A DNA stretch of 45,957 nt from Chara braunii. Lineage: Eukaryota > Plantae > Charophyceae. The notes beneath the pieces are model-generated. The model searched no databases. It saw nothing but the letters and a program-made list of their open reading frames with translations, and was not told the DNA's origin. Both the position numbers and the translations under genes were made by a program. This document shows positions 11,407 through 24,052 of this stretch, piece after piece. The DNA lies in NCBI GenBank assembly GCA_003427395.1, contig BFEA01000004.1, positions 7,100,037 to 7,145,993 on the forward strand. Reading direction: 5' to 3'. Positions within the stretch are counted from its first letter, which is position 1; each line of letters begins with the position of its first letter.

Positions 11407-12516
11407 TTTACGACCAATTAAAAGGAGTTGGTGGACAGGAATGGCCTGATGTGATTTGCGTCCAGAAAACACACCTCATGGACTTCGATCTACACAATCA
11501 TTGTCACAAACAAATTTGGCCCTATACTGCATTTAGAGCTCATGCCCCTCATCCAGGAAGCGTTGGTGTAGCCATTTGAGTTCCCCCAGGATCCAAGGTA
11601 GAACTTGTTTATTGGGAGATCGATAAAGTGGATGGTACGTAATATATCTTGGTAATGCTGGAACTTGTGATAGTCAGTATTCTATGTGTATACGGGTCCA
11701 ACGAGGCTGGCAAATGTCAACGTTTTTTTCAATCCCTCACCCCCCTTCTTCCAGTAGGAGTCCCGATGATTATAGCTGGTGATTTCAACGCTGCAACAGA
11801 TCGGTCTCTAGACCGCTGGAGTACTCCTATTCCCTGACTTATGTAGAATCAAACAAGATATTGATGGCTAATTTGTCTCAATCATTAAATCTTTTTGATT
11901 CTTTTAGAAGATTGAATCCGGCCCAACACACTTATTCATGTCTTAGGAAGAACCAAGCTAGAATGACTACCAAGTCTCGTGTAGACCTGATCTTACTTTC
12001 AAAGGAATTGGAAGGAGCTCTTCAAGTAGCTGAAATCTTTCCCGGTAGCCATCTCTTGAGTCTAGATCACGCGATGTGTGCGGTGATTCTTTCCTTTGAG
12101 AAGAAGTCGAATCAAGGTATCGGTTATTATAAACTTAACACAACTCACCTTAAAATAGAGATATTCAGATCTTTCCTAAAGGATGTGTGGACTTTCTGGA
12201 GAAACCAGAAGACCAGTATACAAAGTGACATCAAGTGGTTCAACAGCGGCCTAGTTTTTCTAGGACGTAAACGCAATGAATATTCAAAGTTATTAGCAGC
12301 CGATCGTTATTCTACTGAAATACGGTTATATCAACGTAGCCAACAATAACAACTCTTAGACATTGATGACAGTGAGTTGAAGAGGAATGAAGTAATAACT
12401 TAAGAATTACAAAAATTAGAATCTCAATTACTTTCTCATATGGAATATCGTTGGCAAGGTATGAGGATTCGAGGCAGAATTAGAAAACATCTAACAAAAG
12501 GAGCCATGGACATAAG

Positions 12517-13345
12517 CAGGGTTGCTGGCGTTCGGGACGGGCCGAACGCCCGAACCCGAACGCCCGAACGTGCGGGACCCCTTCGGAAGGCGTTCGACCG
12601 TTCGGACCGAACGCGGACCCAAAAAAAAAAAAAAAAAAAAAAAAAAAACGTTTTTGAAAATAAACTATGTTATGAAGAATAATAAACTAATATTTGTTTT
12701 TGTGTTTTGCATTGATTGACTTTGAGCTAATTATGACCATTAAAAAACTTGGTGGACAAACACAATTTATGCGAAGCTAAAGTAGCAGCCTGGGCAATGC
12801 ATCCAAATTCTTTACTAAATTTGAATTAAAAATCAAATACAAAAAATAAACACTATGATAAAAATAAGAAAAAAAAAAAAAAGAATTAAAATGAGTGATT
12901 GTGCCAGCACCTTTTCGACACCGCCATCTTTGCCGATTTTTAATTATTTCTTGGCATTGACAAATGCCCTGAAAATATACAGGTATGTAGTTTACATAAT
13001 CAATAACTCGTTAAAAAGTTTTCAAAAAATAATAAAATTGTTTAGGCCCCGAAATAAAGTGAAAACAAAAAGTGAAAAGTGAAAAAAAACAAAATAGTTG
13101 AGCACGTTTTGACACCCCCATTTTTTACGATTTTTAATGTTTTGTTTGCTTAGCAGAATGACTTCAAAATTTATAGTAGTGTAGGTTACATCATAGAGAA
13201 CTCCCAAAAAAAAATACAAAAAAGAACCTTATTTTTAGGCCCCGAAATATTTTTTGGCGGGGGCCGAACCCCGAACGGGACCCCGAACGCCCAAACGTTT
13301 GGGGGCCAGCCCGGGGGCCCCCGAACGTTCGGTCAGGTAACCCTG
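12517..13345. mobile_element. hAT-type MITE inserted in LINE ORF2
   Basis: TIR CAGGGTT(G/A)C; 8-bp TSD GACATAAG (12509-12516, 13346-13353); CCGAAC subterminal repeats at both ends. Confidence 0.92.
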
Positions 13346-13401
13346 GACATAAGAGTTTTTGCTATGACAAAACCCGTACTGAGAGGACAGTCAGAGAGGC
13401 G

Positions 13402-15125
13402 TTGGCCCATCCTCAAGATTTGAATGGTCCACTTGTCAATTCTACGACCGAGTGTACTAAAATTGCAAGGGATTTTTTCAATGATCTTTTTTTATCAGAG
13501 AATTGTGATATTCCCTTGAATCAATGTAGTGTGGAAATAGACGATTTCCTAACAACTACGACCAAAACTCTATCAATAGACCAGAGGGAACAACTAGATT
13601 TGTCCTTAACAAAAGATGAAGTGTGGACTGCACTTATGCTTATGAGGGAAGAAAAAATCCCAGACATTGATGGTTTACCTAAAGAACTTTGGGAGTCCTT
13701 GTGGGACTTTATCTCCCATGATCTTATGGATTTCTATCAAGTTGTATGGGGGTTAGGCCAGATGGGGGAGATTGTGGGGCAATGTGTTTTGTCGTTATTA
13801 TATAAACAGGGGGATAAATGCAATATTAGGAACTATTGCCTCATTACACCGCTAACAGTAGTGTATCAATTGATCTCTAAGGTCCTTACTAATCACCTCA
13901 ACAAGTATATTGCATACATAATTCACCCCTCCCAAACAGGGTTCATCCAAGAGAGAAATATCCAAGACAATATCTTGCTCATTTACAAACTCATCAAGCC
14001 TTCTCGTCGTCTCGGCATAAAGCCGCCTTTATTTTTATTGATTTTGGAAAAACTTATGGTCATGTTCATTGGTTTTTTTCTTTTTTTTTAACAAATACTC
14101 CAGTCTATTCGTCCCATATCGAATTGTACAGATAATTGAGAACATTTTAGATCATTTAGGATACCAGGGCCATTACCCGGCTTCGGCTGAGATCAGTGTG
14201 TGAATATCTAATGACCTGTTAAAGAACTACTCATGCAATAGGATGCCACAGATGTCCGACGAATGTACACAACCCTCAGGATCCCTAACAAGCCTTCTAA
14301 GACTTTCCAACACAGTCTTACTCCCCGCTGAGCTCTTCCAAGCCTCACGGCTCCACCCTGCTGGGTTACGGGGCAACACAATTCGTCCCAACTCCGACCA
14401 GCGTAGTCCCAGCAGCAAACCTTGGCTGTCCCTTGGGATGCCCACCCCAAAGCATCCCCAAATCTCTCTACCAGGCCTCGCACTCCTGCATGAGCAGGTT
14501 ACAGGACAACACCCCAGCACCGGTCAGCGTCGTTCTGGCATCGAACAGCCGCAGATCACTGAGTATAACCGTTTCAAAACCGCCTAGGATGGGTTGCTAA
14601 GACTCCCTAGACTCCTAAGACATTCATAAGAACCACCGACAATGTTTTTTTTAAGATAAATGTAAAGAGAAATTCAACTTTGGTCCACATTTCAGAAGAT
14701 TGATCAAAATTTTGCATACAAACGCTTCAAGGGTAATGGTTAATGAAAATGTGGCGCCACCTATTGTACTTCAAAGATCAGTGAGACAGGGTGCCGCGAT
14801 CGCTCTGCTCCTGTTTGTGATCATTATGGAAGCTTTAGCAACTAACTTAAGATATCACAACGACATTAGACGTACCCACGTTTCTTTTATCTCAGAGGAA
14901 GTTGTCATAGTCTGCTATCGTTTTGCAGACGATCTTTCTTTGATGGTTGAGGCATCACAAACGAATTTAGATGCAAGTAAAAAAATAATGAACATCTTCT
15001 GCAAACTTTATGATATGAAGGCAAATTGGGGTAATAAAACATTGGGATGGTGGATTCATTATCAAGGTATGAGACCCCCCGAACAACCTTATACCAAATG
15101 GATTCAGTCAGATGTACCAATCTGA
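13402..15125 (+). pseudogene. LINE reverse transcriptase domain, split by an insertion
   Basis: ORFs 13402-14091 and 14700-15125 carry the N- and C-terminal RT subdomains, including FADD. Confidence 0.9.
14081..14643 (-). mobile_element. Antisense A-tailed retroposed insert (5'-truncated retroelement 3' end) inside the LINE RT
   Basis: Interrupts RT between HVHWFF and RKFNFGPHF; T-run on the + strand at its left edge. Boundaries are approximate because they lie in T-rich sequence. Confidence 0.55.
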
Positions 15126-17679
15126 GTTCTGGGTGTGTCCGTTTCGGCTACAGGCAAACCAACAACCAATACTGAAGGGATTTTGCAACAAGTTCAGTTG
15201 AATCTAGGATGTTGTGGAAAGATAAACATATCTTTATTTGGAAGATCTTTGGTAATTAATAATGTGGTTGTGGTACTTCAATATCAACAGGTTTATTTGC
15301 TAAATGGCAATTAGCACAAACAATTCTTCCAGTAGCCTCACAAGGATTTTTATATGTTTGTTGTGCAGAGGCGAGATATGCTTCTATATAATTTGGATAA
15401 GTAGTTACCAAAATTCAAAAGAAAGTTGGAATACAAATTGATAAGTACATCAACTTTTGGTATAAATCTGCGATATGGGCCTTAGATAGAGTGACTCTCA
15501 AGATATTTCAGCGTCAGTTAGCAACTTTATTGTGGCGTGAGAACCATGAACGTGAAAATGTTATCAACAGACTGGCATGATTATCAATAATCCAACCTTA
15601 ATCTAAGGGTGGCTTTGGGATCATTGACCCTAAATCCAAGTCATAGCTATTTCCTTACAATGGATTAAACATCTTGTACTTCACCCCCTCACTCCTTGCT
15701 CCTGGACTTTTCCAAGGGGCTCCTCGGTGGAATTTCATCATCTAGACCCCTCTGATAGACAAGCTGCCAGGAGAGACCTCCGCAGGGACTCTTTTTGAAT
15801 CACATTGATAAAAAACTGGAGGAAACTGCCCCTTCCAGATAAAGTACCCCCTGCGAGATGGGAGGAGGTATGCCAACAACCCTTATTTAACAATATGTTT
15901 ATGAGAGATTCTCAAGGGTGTGTCCTTCATTTTATGGATGTCCCTTGGAAATGGTGGATTAGGAGAGGAATCATATGAATTAAGGATTTATGGAATCATG
16001 AGATTAGAGATTGTTCTCATCCTCAGACCTTCAGGAGCGTCTGCTTTATTGTCATCATCAAAGATTTGCCCTGGAACAAGTAATTGATATAATTTCCTTG
16101 GATTGGGTCAGAATCCTAAGAAAAGGTCCTAAGTTTCTCCATGGTGACTAGGTGGCAATCCAAAACCAAAAAGGGATAGTGGGGAATATAATTGAGACTC
16201 ATAATTCAAAAGATTTTCTTATATTTATCTTAGATATACAAGATGATGAATTCCTTAATCCCAAAGCACAAGATAATACTATATGGTGTACGGCTGAACA
16301 ACTCTTCTGGATTAGAGGGTTAAAAGTTGATGAGAAATGACTGTCCTTTAGACCGGAAACACCAATCTCTCACCTTTCATTAACCCGCAGAACTGGACCT
16401 GGTCTTGCCCAGGAAAACAGGGGCGTTCCTACTTTAGAACCTTACACACTCTGTCAGTTAAGTCCACTTACAGAATGCTCCGCCATAGGGTTAATTTGAG
16501 AGACCGCATTGAAGATCGTTGGTTGAAAAATCTTAATATAAGCAAATAAGATTTGAGAGGGATCAAATGGTTTCAAACCTGTAAATCTAAGCCAACTAAG
16601 CCAGTTAAGGTAACCTCCTTACAGCAGCAAATCGCTCACCGATGTCTTCCTACGAATGACTGGATTATTAACATAACCTCGTTGGAATAAAAAGGTATCG
16701 CTCAACCTTGGTGCAAGTTTTGTAGATTAACCTTCCCTTCCAAGTTCATACCTGAAACAATTGAGCATATTTTCCTCCAATGCCCAGGGTCGTTTTGACT
16801 CTGGCGGTGGTGGGATAGGATTTGGAATCAACTGGGAACCACTCTGCCTTGGCCCTGGGAATGGAAAACACTCCTCCTGGAATCCTGGTATCCGGATCAA
16901 GTGGATGTGTTCACAACAAACTTGTTCTCAATTGGTAGAAGAGCGATCATTTGGGCATTCTGGATAAGAAGGTGTACCCTAGATTACCTATATATTTCAC
17001 TGAAACTATCAAACATCATATTCAAACAGACCTTACTATTAAATAGGAGAACTTAAGAGGAAAAATTCAACATCTATCATTACAAAATGAGATCTGACAC
17101 CTCATCCAACAGTTCAATAGAGGGAGGGAGGTTGAGGCAGGTACTATGGGAAGCAGCACAAGAGAGTTCACAAGGTTTTTTTCAAAGGAATTACCGATTG
17201 ATCTTCAATGATTGGAGTGTTGTTGATCCTGCTATACAATTAAAACCATTAACTGACTTCCCTGATCCCCCCTACCAGGATATTGTCTAGTTCCCTCTTC
17301 GTAGTATGGATAAGATTGAAGTAAGGGGCATGAGATTGTTTCCTCTTGGTTCACAATGTCAAGGGTTATGGTTTAATCAAAAGTTTATGGCGCCCAGGAT
17401 GGGTGAAGAGGCACAAAGCTCCTATTCTTAGTAAGTTTCATCAATTTCATGAGGGACATTGCGCCCAGTTCGCAGCATACATGACTCATTTGTTTCATTT
17501 GTTTCAATTGTATCTGAGGGGACGTTGCACCCGCTTTCCAGCAGGTGTAGCTCCCCACCAATAGACTAGAGCCCCCCGTAACATAGGTAGAAGTGTATGC
17601 TCATACCATCACTCCTATCTGCTCATGTGGGCAAGATTCCTTAAAAAAAAAAAAAGTTACACAGTAATACACACACAAT

Positions 17680-18515
17680 TGTGTTGCATAAATAGCAAGT
17701 TAGCAACCCGTTGTCGAGCGCATCAACTCCCACTTCCTCGCAAAAGGTGAGAGCCCTCCCGACCACGTCACGCATGAGTAAAAGAAAAAACAACAAGAGA
17801 CAACTCGGGGACAACTCATAGACAACTTTCGCCAATCGTTGAGACAAACGAGGTCGCGTTGTCACCTTGCCGCTCTAGCCGCGTGCGCCAGCCGTACCTC
17901 TCATGGTCTCTTACGACAAGATAGGTTTCCGCGAGGTGCAACTTACCTTCCCTAAGAGGCAAGATTGGTTAAAACGTCGACTAGACCCAAACGCAATCCG
18001 TTACCTGATGCGCTGATCTTCTAGGTACGAACCGGGCGTGGACTGTGGTTATGGCTGTGCAACTCCACCTTCTTCCCCCTGAGCACCTTCAACTCCCTCA
18101 ACTTCTTGCAGAGCTCCCACCCCTCCAGCGGCTCCTCCTTCAGCTCCCTCAACATCCGACCCGCACTCAAGAATGAGTGTGGGCAGCACCTCACACAAAT
18201 ATGAGGCAGCTGGTCGGGCAGCCCAACTTTTATACTTGTTAGAGGGACTGTGGGAAGCACTTGAGCTCAACCCAAAATTCGAGCTCATGCCTGGGCCCTT
18301 GATCTAAACCCAAGATCAAGGGCCACAATCACTGATTTTTCCCTAGAGAAACTAGAACCCTTCAATTTTAATGTACTTGGCCTTTTCCCAGGCCACGTGC
18401 ATCGAGGATAGGTTGCACCGGACCTTTCATTATTGTGCTACTCCAAGCACAATAGCCCCCCCTTACTTTGTACCTTCCCCGGCTCACGGCCAGGTTCGTA
18501 CCCCTCCCCCTACAA
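17680..18515 (-). mobile_element. Solo-LTR-like remnant related to 19564-20024
   Basis: Shares GTTGTCGAGCGCATC, CCCTCCC..CC.CGTCACG and GCGAGGT.CAACTTACCT with 19620-19800; TATA-like TATAAAA on the minus strand at ~18227-18233. No clean TSD. Confidence 0.5.
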
Positions 18516-18651
18516 CTCCCTACTTGCTGCACATTCAGTGGAGGGCAGCCGATCTGGCTAAACACGAAGCCCGATTCCAAAAAAAATGAAAGTAGAGAAA
18601 TAAACTGAAAGAAAAGAAAAGAAGGGAAAAAAAAACCATACCTTGTTTCCA

Positions 18652-19488
18652 GTGCAGCTGTTGGTGTCCCACAAAGTGTTGAAACGCAGACCCAAGTTCG
18701 AATCCAGATGTAGCCGGGCGCGACCTCCCCACACATCGCGCATTGTGGCCTTTCAAAACAAAACAAACAAGAAAAAAAAAAAAAACAATAATAATAAAAT
18801 AAAATAAAACGAAGGCTGACCTGCATACGCGTTGCCAACGAGGCAGGGCAATTCGTGGGGGCCGTTAGGCACCCACAGACTGTTGGCATACACACTCAAG
18901 TTTGAATCCAGGTGCAGCCAGGGCACTGCCCCTAGCCACGCCGCGCCACGCAGTCTCGTGGTTCCTTAGCCCTCTCCTTTTCTTCTTTGTTTTTTTCCTT
19001 TTTTTTTTTTTTTTTTNNNNNNNNNNNNNNNNNNNNNNNNNNNNNNNNNNNNNNNNNNNNNNNNNNNNNNNNNNNNNNNNNNNNNNNNNNNNNNNNNNNN
19101 NNNNNNNNNNNNNNNNNNNNNTTTTTTTTTTTTTTTTTTTAGATGCCTGCTCGTTTTCCACTCCTTTCCTGAAACGAACGGGTAGGAACAAGGAAAAAAA
19201 CACAACAAAAAAAAGAAGAGGACAGAAAGCAGAAAAAAAAGAAGAAGGAAAAAAAAAACAAAAAAATTACTTGAAAAAGCGGCTACCCGTTTTCCAAGGC
19301 TCCTTGCACCTCTCTGGGAACTTATAGTTTCTAACTCCTTCAGAACGGTGTCATCTGCCATTGCAGGTTTACTTTTTTTTTTTTTTTCCCCTCCTTCCGT
19401 TGACTTATGCCAACGACCATTCTCGAATTTGTGGTACACCTACAAACAGTTGAAAGACAGACCCGAGTTCAATTCCGAACGAGGCATC
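18652..19488 (+). mobile_element. Cluster of at least three tRNA-derived SINE-like units spanning a gap
   Basis: GTTGAAA..CAGACCC.AGTTC.A.TCC at 18678-18705 and 19449-19476; CAAGTTTGAATCCAG at ~18897; A-rich tails. Confidence 0.6.
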
Positions 19489-19512
19489 GAAAAAAAAAGA
19501 TTTTTTTTTTTT

Positions 19513-19566
19513 ACCATTTCTCGATTCATGCGTATCATCCTTGCGCAGGGGTCATGCAATCTCTGT
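19513..19566 (-). pseudogene. U6: U6 snRNA 3'-half retrocopy with poly(A)
   Basis: Reverse complement ACAGAGATTGCATGACCCCTGCGCAAGGATGATACGCATGAATCGAGAAATGGT followed by A12 matches the plant U6 3' half. Confidence 0.88.
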
Positions 19567-20024
19567 CACTATGCGGCCAATCTCGGCCACCAGATCTCAG
19601 GATCATGCGATCGAGATTGACCGTTGTCGAGCGCATCGGTCCCTCAATGGGCGAGACCCTCCCAGCCGCGTCACGTAGGAGTTGGTCTTATCGCGATACA
19701 AATGGAGCTTCCATTGCCGCTCCGACCGAGTGTACCAACCATGTCTCTCGCCAGCCCCTACTACAGGATAGGGCTTATGCGAGGTACAACTTACCTCAAC
19801 TTGCGGGAACTGTCATCTCCCTTCGGTGGGCGTATCCCTGCCGAGCTACCAGTCCACACTACGAAAGTTAATCAGTTGCAACCGCAGAGGTGTGTCAGCC
19901 GAGGGCATTTCTCATACGCTGTAGCATAGGGGGTACACGCGGTCCCACGCCTCTATCGGGCCCGCATTTGGGGGCTGAAGTGCCGAGCGCTGTCGAGCGC
20001 ATCGGTCCCGCACGGGGACCCTCC
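19564..20024 (-). mobile_element. LTR 3' portion (U5-like) of the gypsy element, ending ...GTGACA at 19564
   Basis: Terminal CA abuts the unrelated U6 flank; internal direct repeat TGTCGAGCGCATCGGTCCC (~19625 and 19991); similar to the LTR remnant at 17.7 kb. Confidence 0.55.
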
Positions 20025-21676
20025 TTTATGGTGCCGGCCCTCAATCTCTGCTCAACCTCTTCACTTTCGCTTATCTCCTCTATCCTCACGCCCTGATGAT
20101 CTTCTACTTCCTGCCAAATACAGAAAGCGGCCGGGGGGGCTGGTGGAGCTGGGGCATTAGCACGCCGCAGAGCTTCTTCCCTTATCCCCCCTGGGATTCT
20201 CGGGTCTATGCACTCACCGTACATGTCGAAAAATCACCATCATAGCTTGAACTCATCAGGCAATCCTTTTCATCACTCTTCCGGACCTGACATAACTTAA
20301 TTGTGTGACCCTTTTGGCCACAATGCCAACAGATGGCATTTCTCCAATTTATCCTTCCTCTTCCATATCCTCCACCGCCTTGCTGGTCACTCTGATTCCC
20401 CGCACCGTTCCACCTGTCACTTCCTCCTCTCTGGGAGTTACTATTCGCGTTTCCTCTCCCATATCCCCCGCGGCCACCATTTCCTCGCCCTCGGCCTCAT
20501 CCTTGATTTTGTCTCCGTCCGGCGTCCACCACCTTGATTCCCTTGTGATCCTTGTGGGGCCGACTGCTGAGGTTGGCTTGGCGGTGGGTTCGAGTGACTC
20601 ACCTGTTGAGACTGGGGTCCCGACTGTTCACAGGAAGCAGTACTCATCCGCGCTCCGGCACATGATCCATGTGGCCCGCCCGTTGGCCATGGTGCATATG
20701 AATAGTGTCCACGCCAATGATTGGGAGGTCCACAACCTGGCCATGACCCATAGGGCGCTGGTGCGGCTTGACCGGACGACTCTGGGGGTGGCATCGCCAC
20801 AGCCGGCGCGGCTTGACCTTTTCCTGAGCCTTGCCCTCCTTGAGTCGTGTTCCTTGCCTTCCTTTGAGCCTTTGTCAACTTTTGTGGTTCAGGTTCCTCT
20901 TCTTCTTCTTCCTCCTCCTCTAGCACTGCCACCTTCTTTCCTTTCCCTTGGGCTTGTGGCGCCGTCATAGCCTTCTTTCTTGCCTCCTTTTCTGCATCGT
21001 GCTGGGTCACAGTCTCTTCTATCATTAGTTTGAAGTTGCCCCCATCACTAGCGATAGTATCCAAAGTCTTCCTTTTCTTCCTAGCCTGTTTCATCTGGAA
21101 GATGTCTACCTGGCCCAACTCTCCCTCTAGCACGCCTTCTTTTATGGCACCCCAAGTAAGTTTTTTTCCTGGCGCAGCTTTCTTGGTTAGCGACGAGGCT
21201 TCCCAATTCTTGAAGTGCCCCAGGAAAGTGGCACACTGTTCTTCTTCTGCCAGCCCTAGGACTTTTTTTGCCATCTTCTCAAATGCTGTGGCAAAGGCCC
21301 CTACCGTGGAGAACTCGTCCCGTCTCAACATTTCCACGTCTTCTTTTGTGAGAAGGACGTCCCCTAACTTGAAACGCCTCTGCATCTCTTCTTTAAACCT
21401 TGCCCACTCACCATTTGCGTCGGCCGCTACTTTCATTACCTCAGGTCTAAGCTCCCACCATAAGTACCTAGGCCTCAACTTGAATTTGTCTGCCTCTGAT
21501 GCCTCGCAAGTGACCTGCTCCAACAGCTCAAGCCACTCGGACACCCTATCCCCATTGAACTGGAAGATGTTAACCTTGGGCACCAGAAGCCGTGCCATCT
21601 CTCTCTTTTCCAAAGCCTTGACGAAGTCCTCCGGTGTAGCACCCGGGCCCTGCTCGATTCCATCGGAGTCCGGCAT
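20020..21676 (-). pseudogene. gag: Ty3/gypsy gag, N-terminal block (capsid-like region, Gly-rich linker, CCHC knuckle)
   Basis: MPDSDG...VPKVNIFQFNGDRVSEWL...; frameshift near 20520; CWHCGQKGHTIKLC (CX2CX4HX4C) at ~20293-20334; ends at AGTIKE. Confidence 0.88.
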
Positions 21677-22023
21677 CTTTGTCCTTTCTCAAAACCTGTT
21701 GCAAAAAAAACAATTTCGACAAACATCTTGCCGTCAAACCTCTAAACTCTCTAGTTCCATTATTCAATCGAACATACTTTTAATAACTAAGGTAGTCTAT
21801 CCGGCCTTTATATCGTAATTTCGACTCTATTATTTGAAACGAATACACACAAAGCACACTCTCAACCTTACTCGCAATCAAAAATAAATTTTGTTAGGCC
21901 ATCGAAGATAGCACAATACTCATATCATCATCAAACTTCTTCATCAAGGGTTGTTGTTTTGCCTGAATCATCAGCCTGCTCTTAACCTGGGTTCCTTCAC
22001 TGTGGACCCCGGTAGGCAGCCGA

Positions 22024-22043
22024 GATCCCCGGCAACGGCGCCA
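22024..22043 (-). promoter_or_regulatory. Primer-binding site complementary to tRNA-Asp, abnormally fused to pol instead of an LTR
   Basis: TGGCGCCGTTGCCGGGGATC is the complement of the plant tRNA-Asp(GUC) 3' end, the Athila-type PBS. Confidence 0.9.
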
Positions 22044-22740
22044 CCTCGTCTTGAAGTAGAGCATTGGCCAAGAGGTATATCCCACCTATCGACCTCTCGT
22101 GCCCTTCCACCTGTTGCGCCCCATTTTCCATCATGAGTAGGTCTTCGTGCAACTGGTATTTGTCTGCTAAGGCTAGATTCATCATCCACTGCACGTTTGA
22201 CACTCCCCATGAGTCTTCCTCAATGTAGGGCTTAAGAACTAGATCTGATCGTCGTACATGTCCTGGAGGCGCGAGCCACACAGGTTGTCCAGGAGTAACG
22301 TAGTTACCCACGGCCATCGACCAGGAGTTGATGTGAAGTCTCACATCCTCCTCACTGTCCAGAAACCCGTCGACTGGCGGAGTATCCTCGATCACTCCTT
22401 GATTATTTTTGTCCCAGTCGACTAGACTCAATCCGTCTGCTCTATTCTTATTTCCTGGAATTCGCTCTAATTCAAAATCGAACATCCAGATGTATGTTAA
22501 CCACCTGGCGATAGTCGGGTCTGATGGGGCGAAGTTCTTGAGAGAACCGGCTAGAGCAGTTGGGTCCACCCTCAACACGAACCTGTTGCCGAAGAGGTAG
22601 TTTCTAAAGATCCTTAAGCAATGGAGAACCGCCAAGGTCTCGCGCTTAAATTGAGAGTAATTTCTCTCAGTTGTGTTAAGCGTGCGACTTTCAAACCTTT
22701 GTGGCCGCTCTTCTCCGTTAAGGTCTTGCTGAATCAACAC
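22044..22740 (-). pseudogene. pol: Ty3/gypsy RNase H and linker (5' part deleted)
   Basis: RNYSQFKRETLA, LRVDPTAL, NRADGLS; ends at LLQDEVA. Confidence 0.9.
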
Positions 22741-24052
22741 ACATCCTAGCGCAGTTGGCCCTGCACAATTCCTTCTTTAGGCCCTTTATTACCAACTCCT
22801 GCTTATCTCCCCATTCCCAGTCTTGTCCTTGACGCACGAGCTTTCGAAGCTGTTCTGTCTTTGCCGCAAACCCTTTTATGAAGATCCTCCAGAACCCACA
22901 TGTCCCGAGGAAACTTCTCACCTCCGTAATAGTCTCGAATGGGGTTGGCCATTCGAGAATCTTATTGGTTTTCTTAGTGTCTGGTCGACGACCCCTCTCG
23001 TCGCACACAAACCCCAAGATGGTGGCCCCGCTCATGCAGTGTCTCGATTTAGACTCACTTGCAATGAGGTTATGCTCCTTTAGCAGGTTTAGGACTCTGC
23101 ACAGGTCTTGCACATGGTTCCAAACAAAGCGTCTAATCCCTGGCATTACCTCCTGCTCGTTCTTCTCTTTAGGCCCTTTTACGACTAAATCATCAATGTA
23201 AGGCTGAGTAATGTGAGGGCTTACTGACTGCATTGCCCTCACCATGTGCTTCTGTACCATGGCGACTGCATTTATCCACCCTTGTGGTGCGACGTTCATA
23301 TGAATTAACCCTCGAGGGGTATGCATTGTCGTCATCGGTCTGTCAGAGGGGTAAATAGGAAACTGGTCGTAACCAGAATATAAGTCTATGAGAGATATGA
23401 TGGCTCTCCCAGCGTATGCCTCTGAAAGCGCATCTGCGTTAGGGAGACTACCTGCATCTCTCATAGTTACAGCATTCAGGAGCTGCAAATCCTGTACCCA
23501 CCTCAAGGTCCCGTTTGGTTTGACGAAACAAAACCAAGGGGATGCATATGGTCCGCTCGAGTAGTCGGACACATGTGTGCGGATTTTCCCGTCAAGGTAG
23601 CTAACTACCTTTTTTTCGTCAGCCGGATTAGGGTACCGCGCGCCTCGCAAATTCCATGGCTCGTGGGGAACGGTATGTATCCTAATCATTGGGATTCTAT
23701 CCACGTCCAGACGGTCCCGTTCATCATCATTGAAGGCATATGCAGTATGCCTTCCTCTTATGGTCTCTACCATAAACCTCTCCTCTTGCGCCGTAAGGAA
23801 GCCGGGTTCCCCTATAATCAGCGTCTTTTCTGTCTCGGGAGTGATACGACATGACCCTATCTGTGCGTCCTCTCGCATTTGTCGTATCAATTCTCGTTCC
23901 CGCTCGTAATAAACTTTTTGCTCCTCAGTAACGAGTACGGGAACAGGGCGGCACTTCTGATCTACCCTCTTATACCGCCTTTGTGAACCCTGCTTGAGCT
24001 TACCCCTAAAAAGGCCGAGTTGCAGTTTGGGGCTGTGCTCCTGCGATTCCAC
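22741..24052 (-). pseudogene. pol: Ty3/gypsy reverse transcriptase
   Basis: YASPWFCFVKPNGTLRWVQD, IDLYSGYDQ, PQG, YIDD, VRSFLGTCGFWRIFI. Confidence 0.95.

Larger units (their letters stand above)
11079..17655 (+). mobile_element. Degenerate L1-superfamily LINE (ORF2: APE endonuclease, RT, C-terminal Zn knuckle, poly(A) tail); ORF1 remnants may extend upstream to ~9800
   Basis: EN motifs PDVICVQKTHL, GVAI, VYG, IIAGDFN, SRVDLILL, LDH. RT motifs KIPDIDG, QTGFIQER, RQGAAIALLLF, FADD. CKFC...ETIEHIFLQC at ~16713-16783. A-run at 17643-17655. Many stops and frameshifts. Confidence 0.92.
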
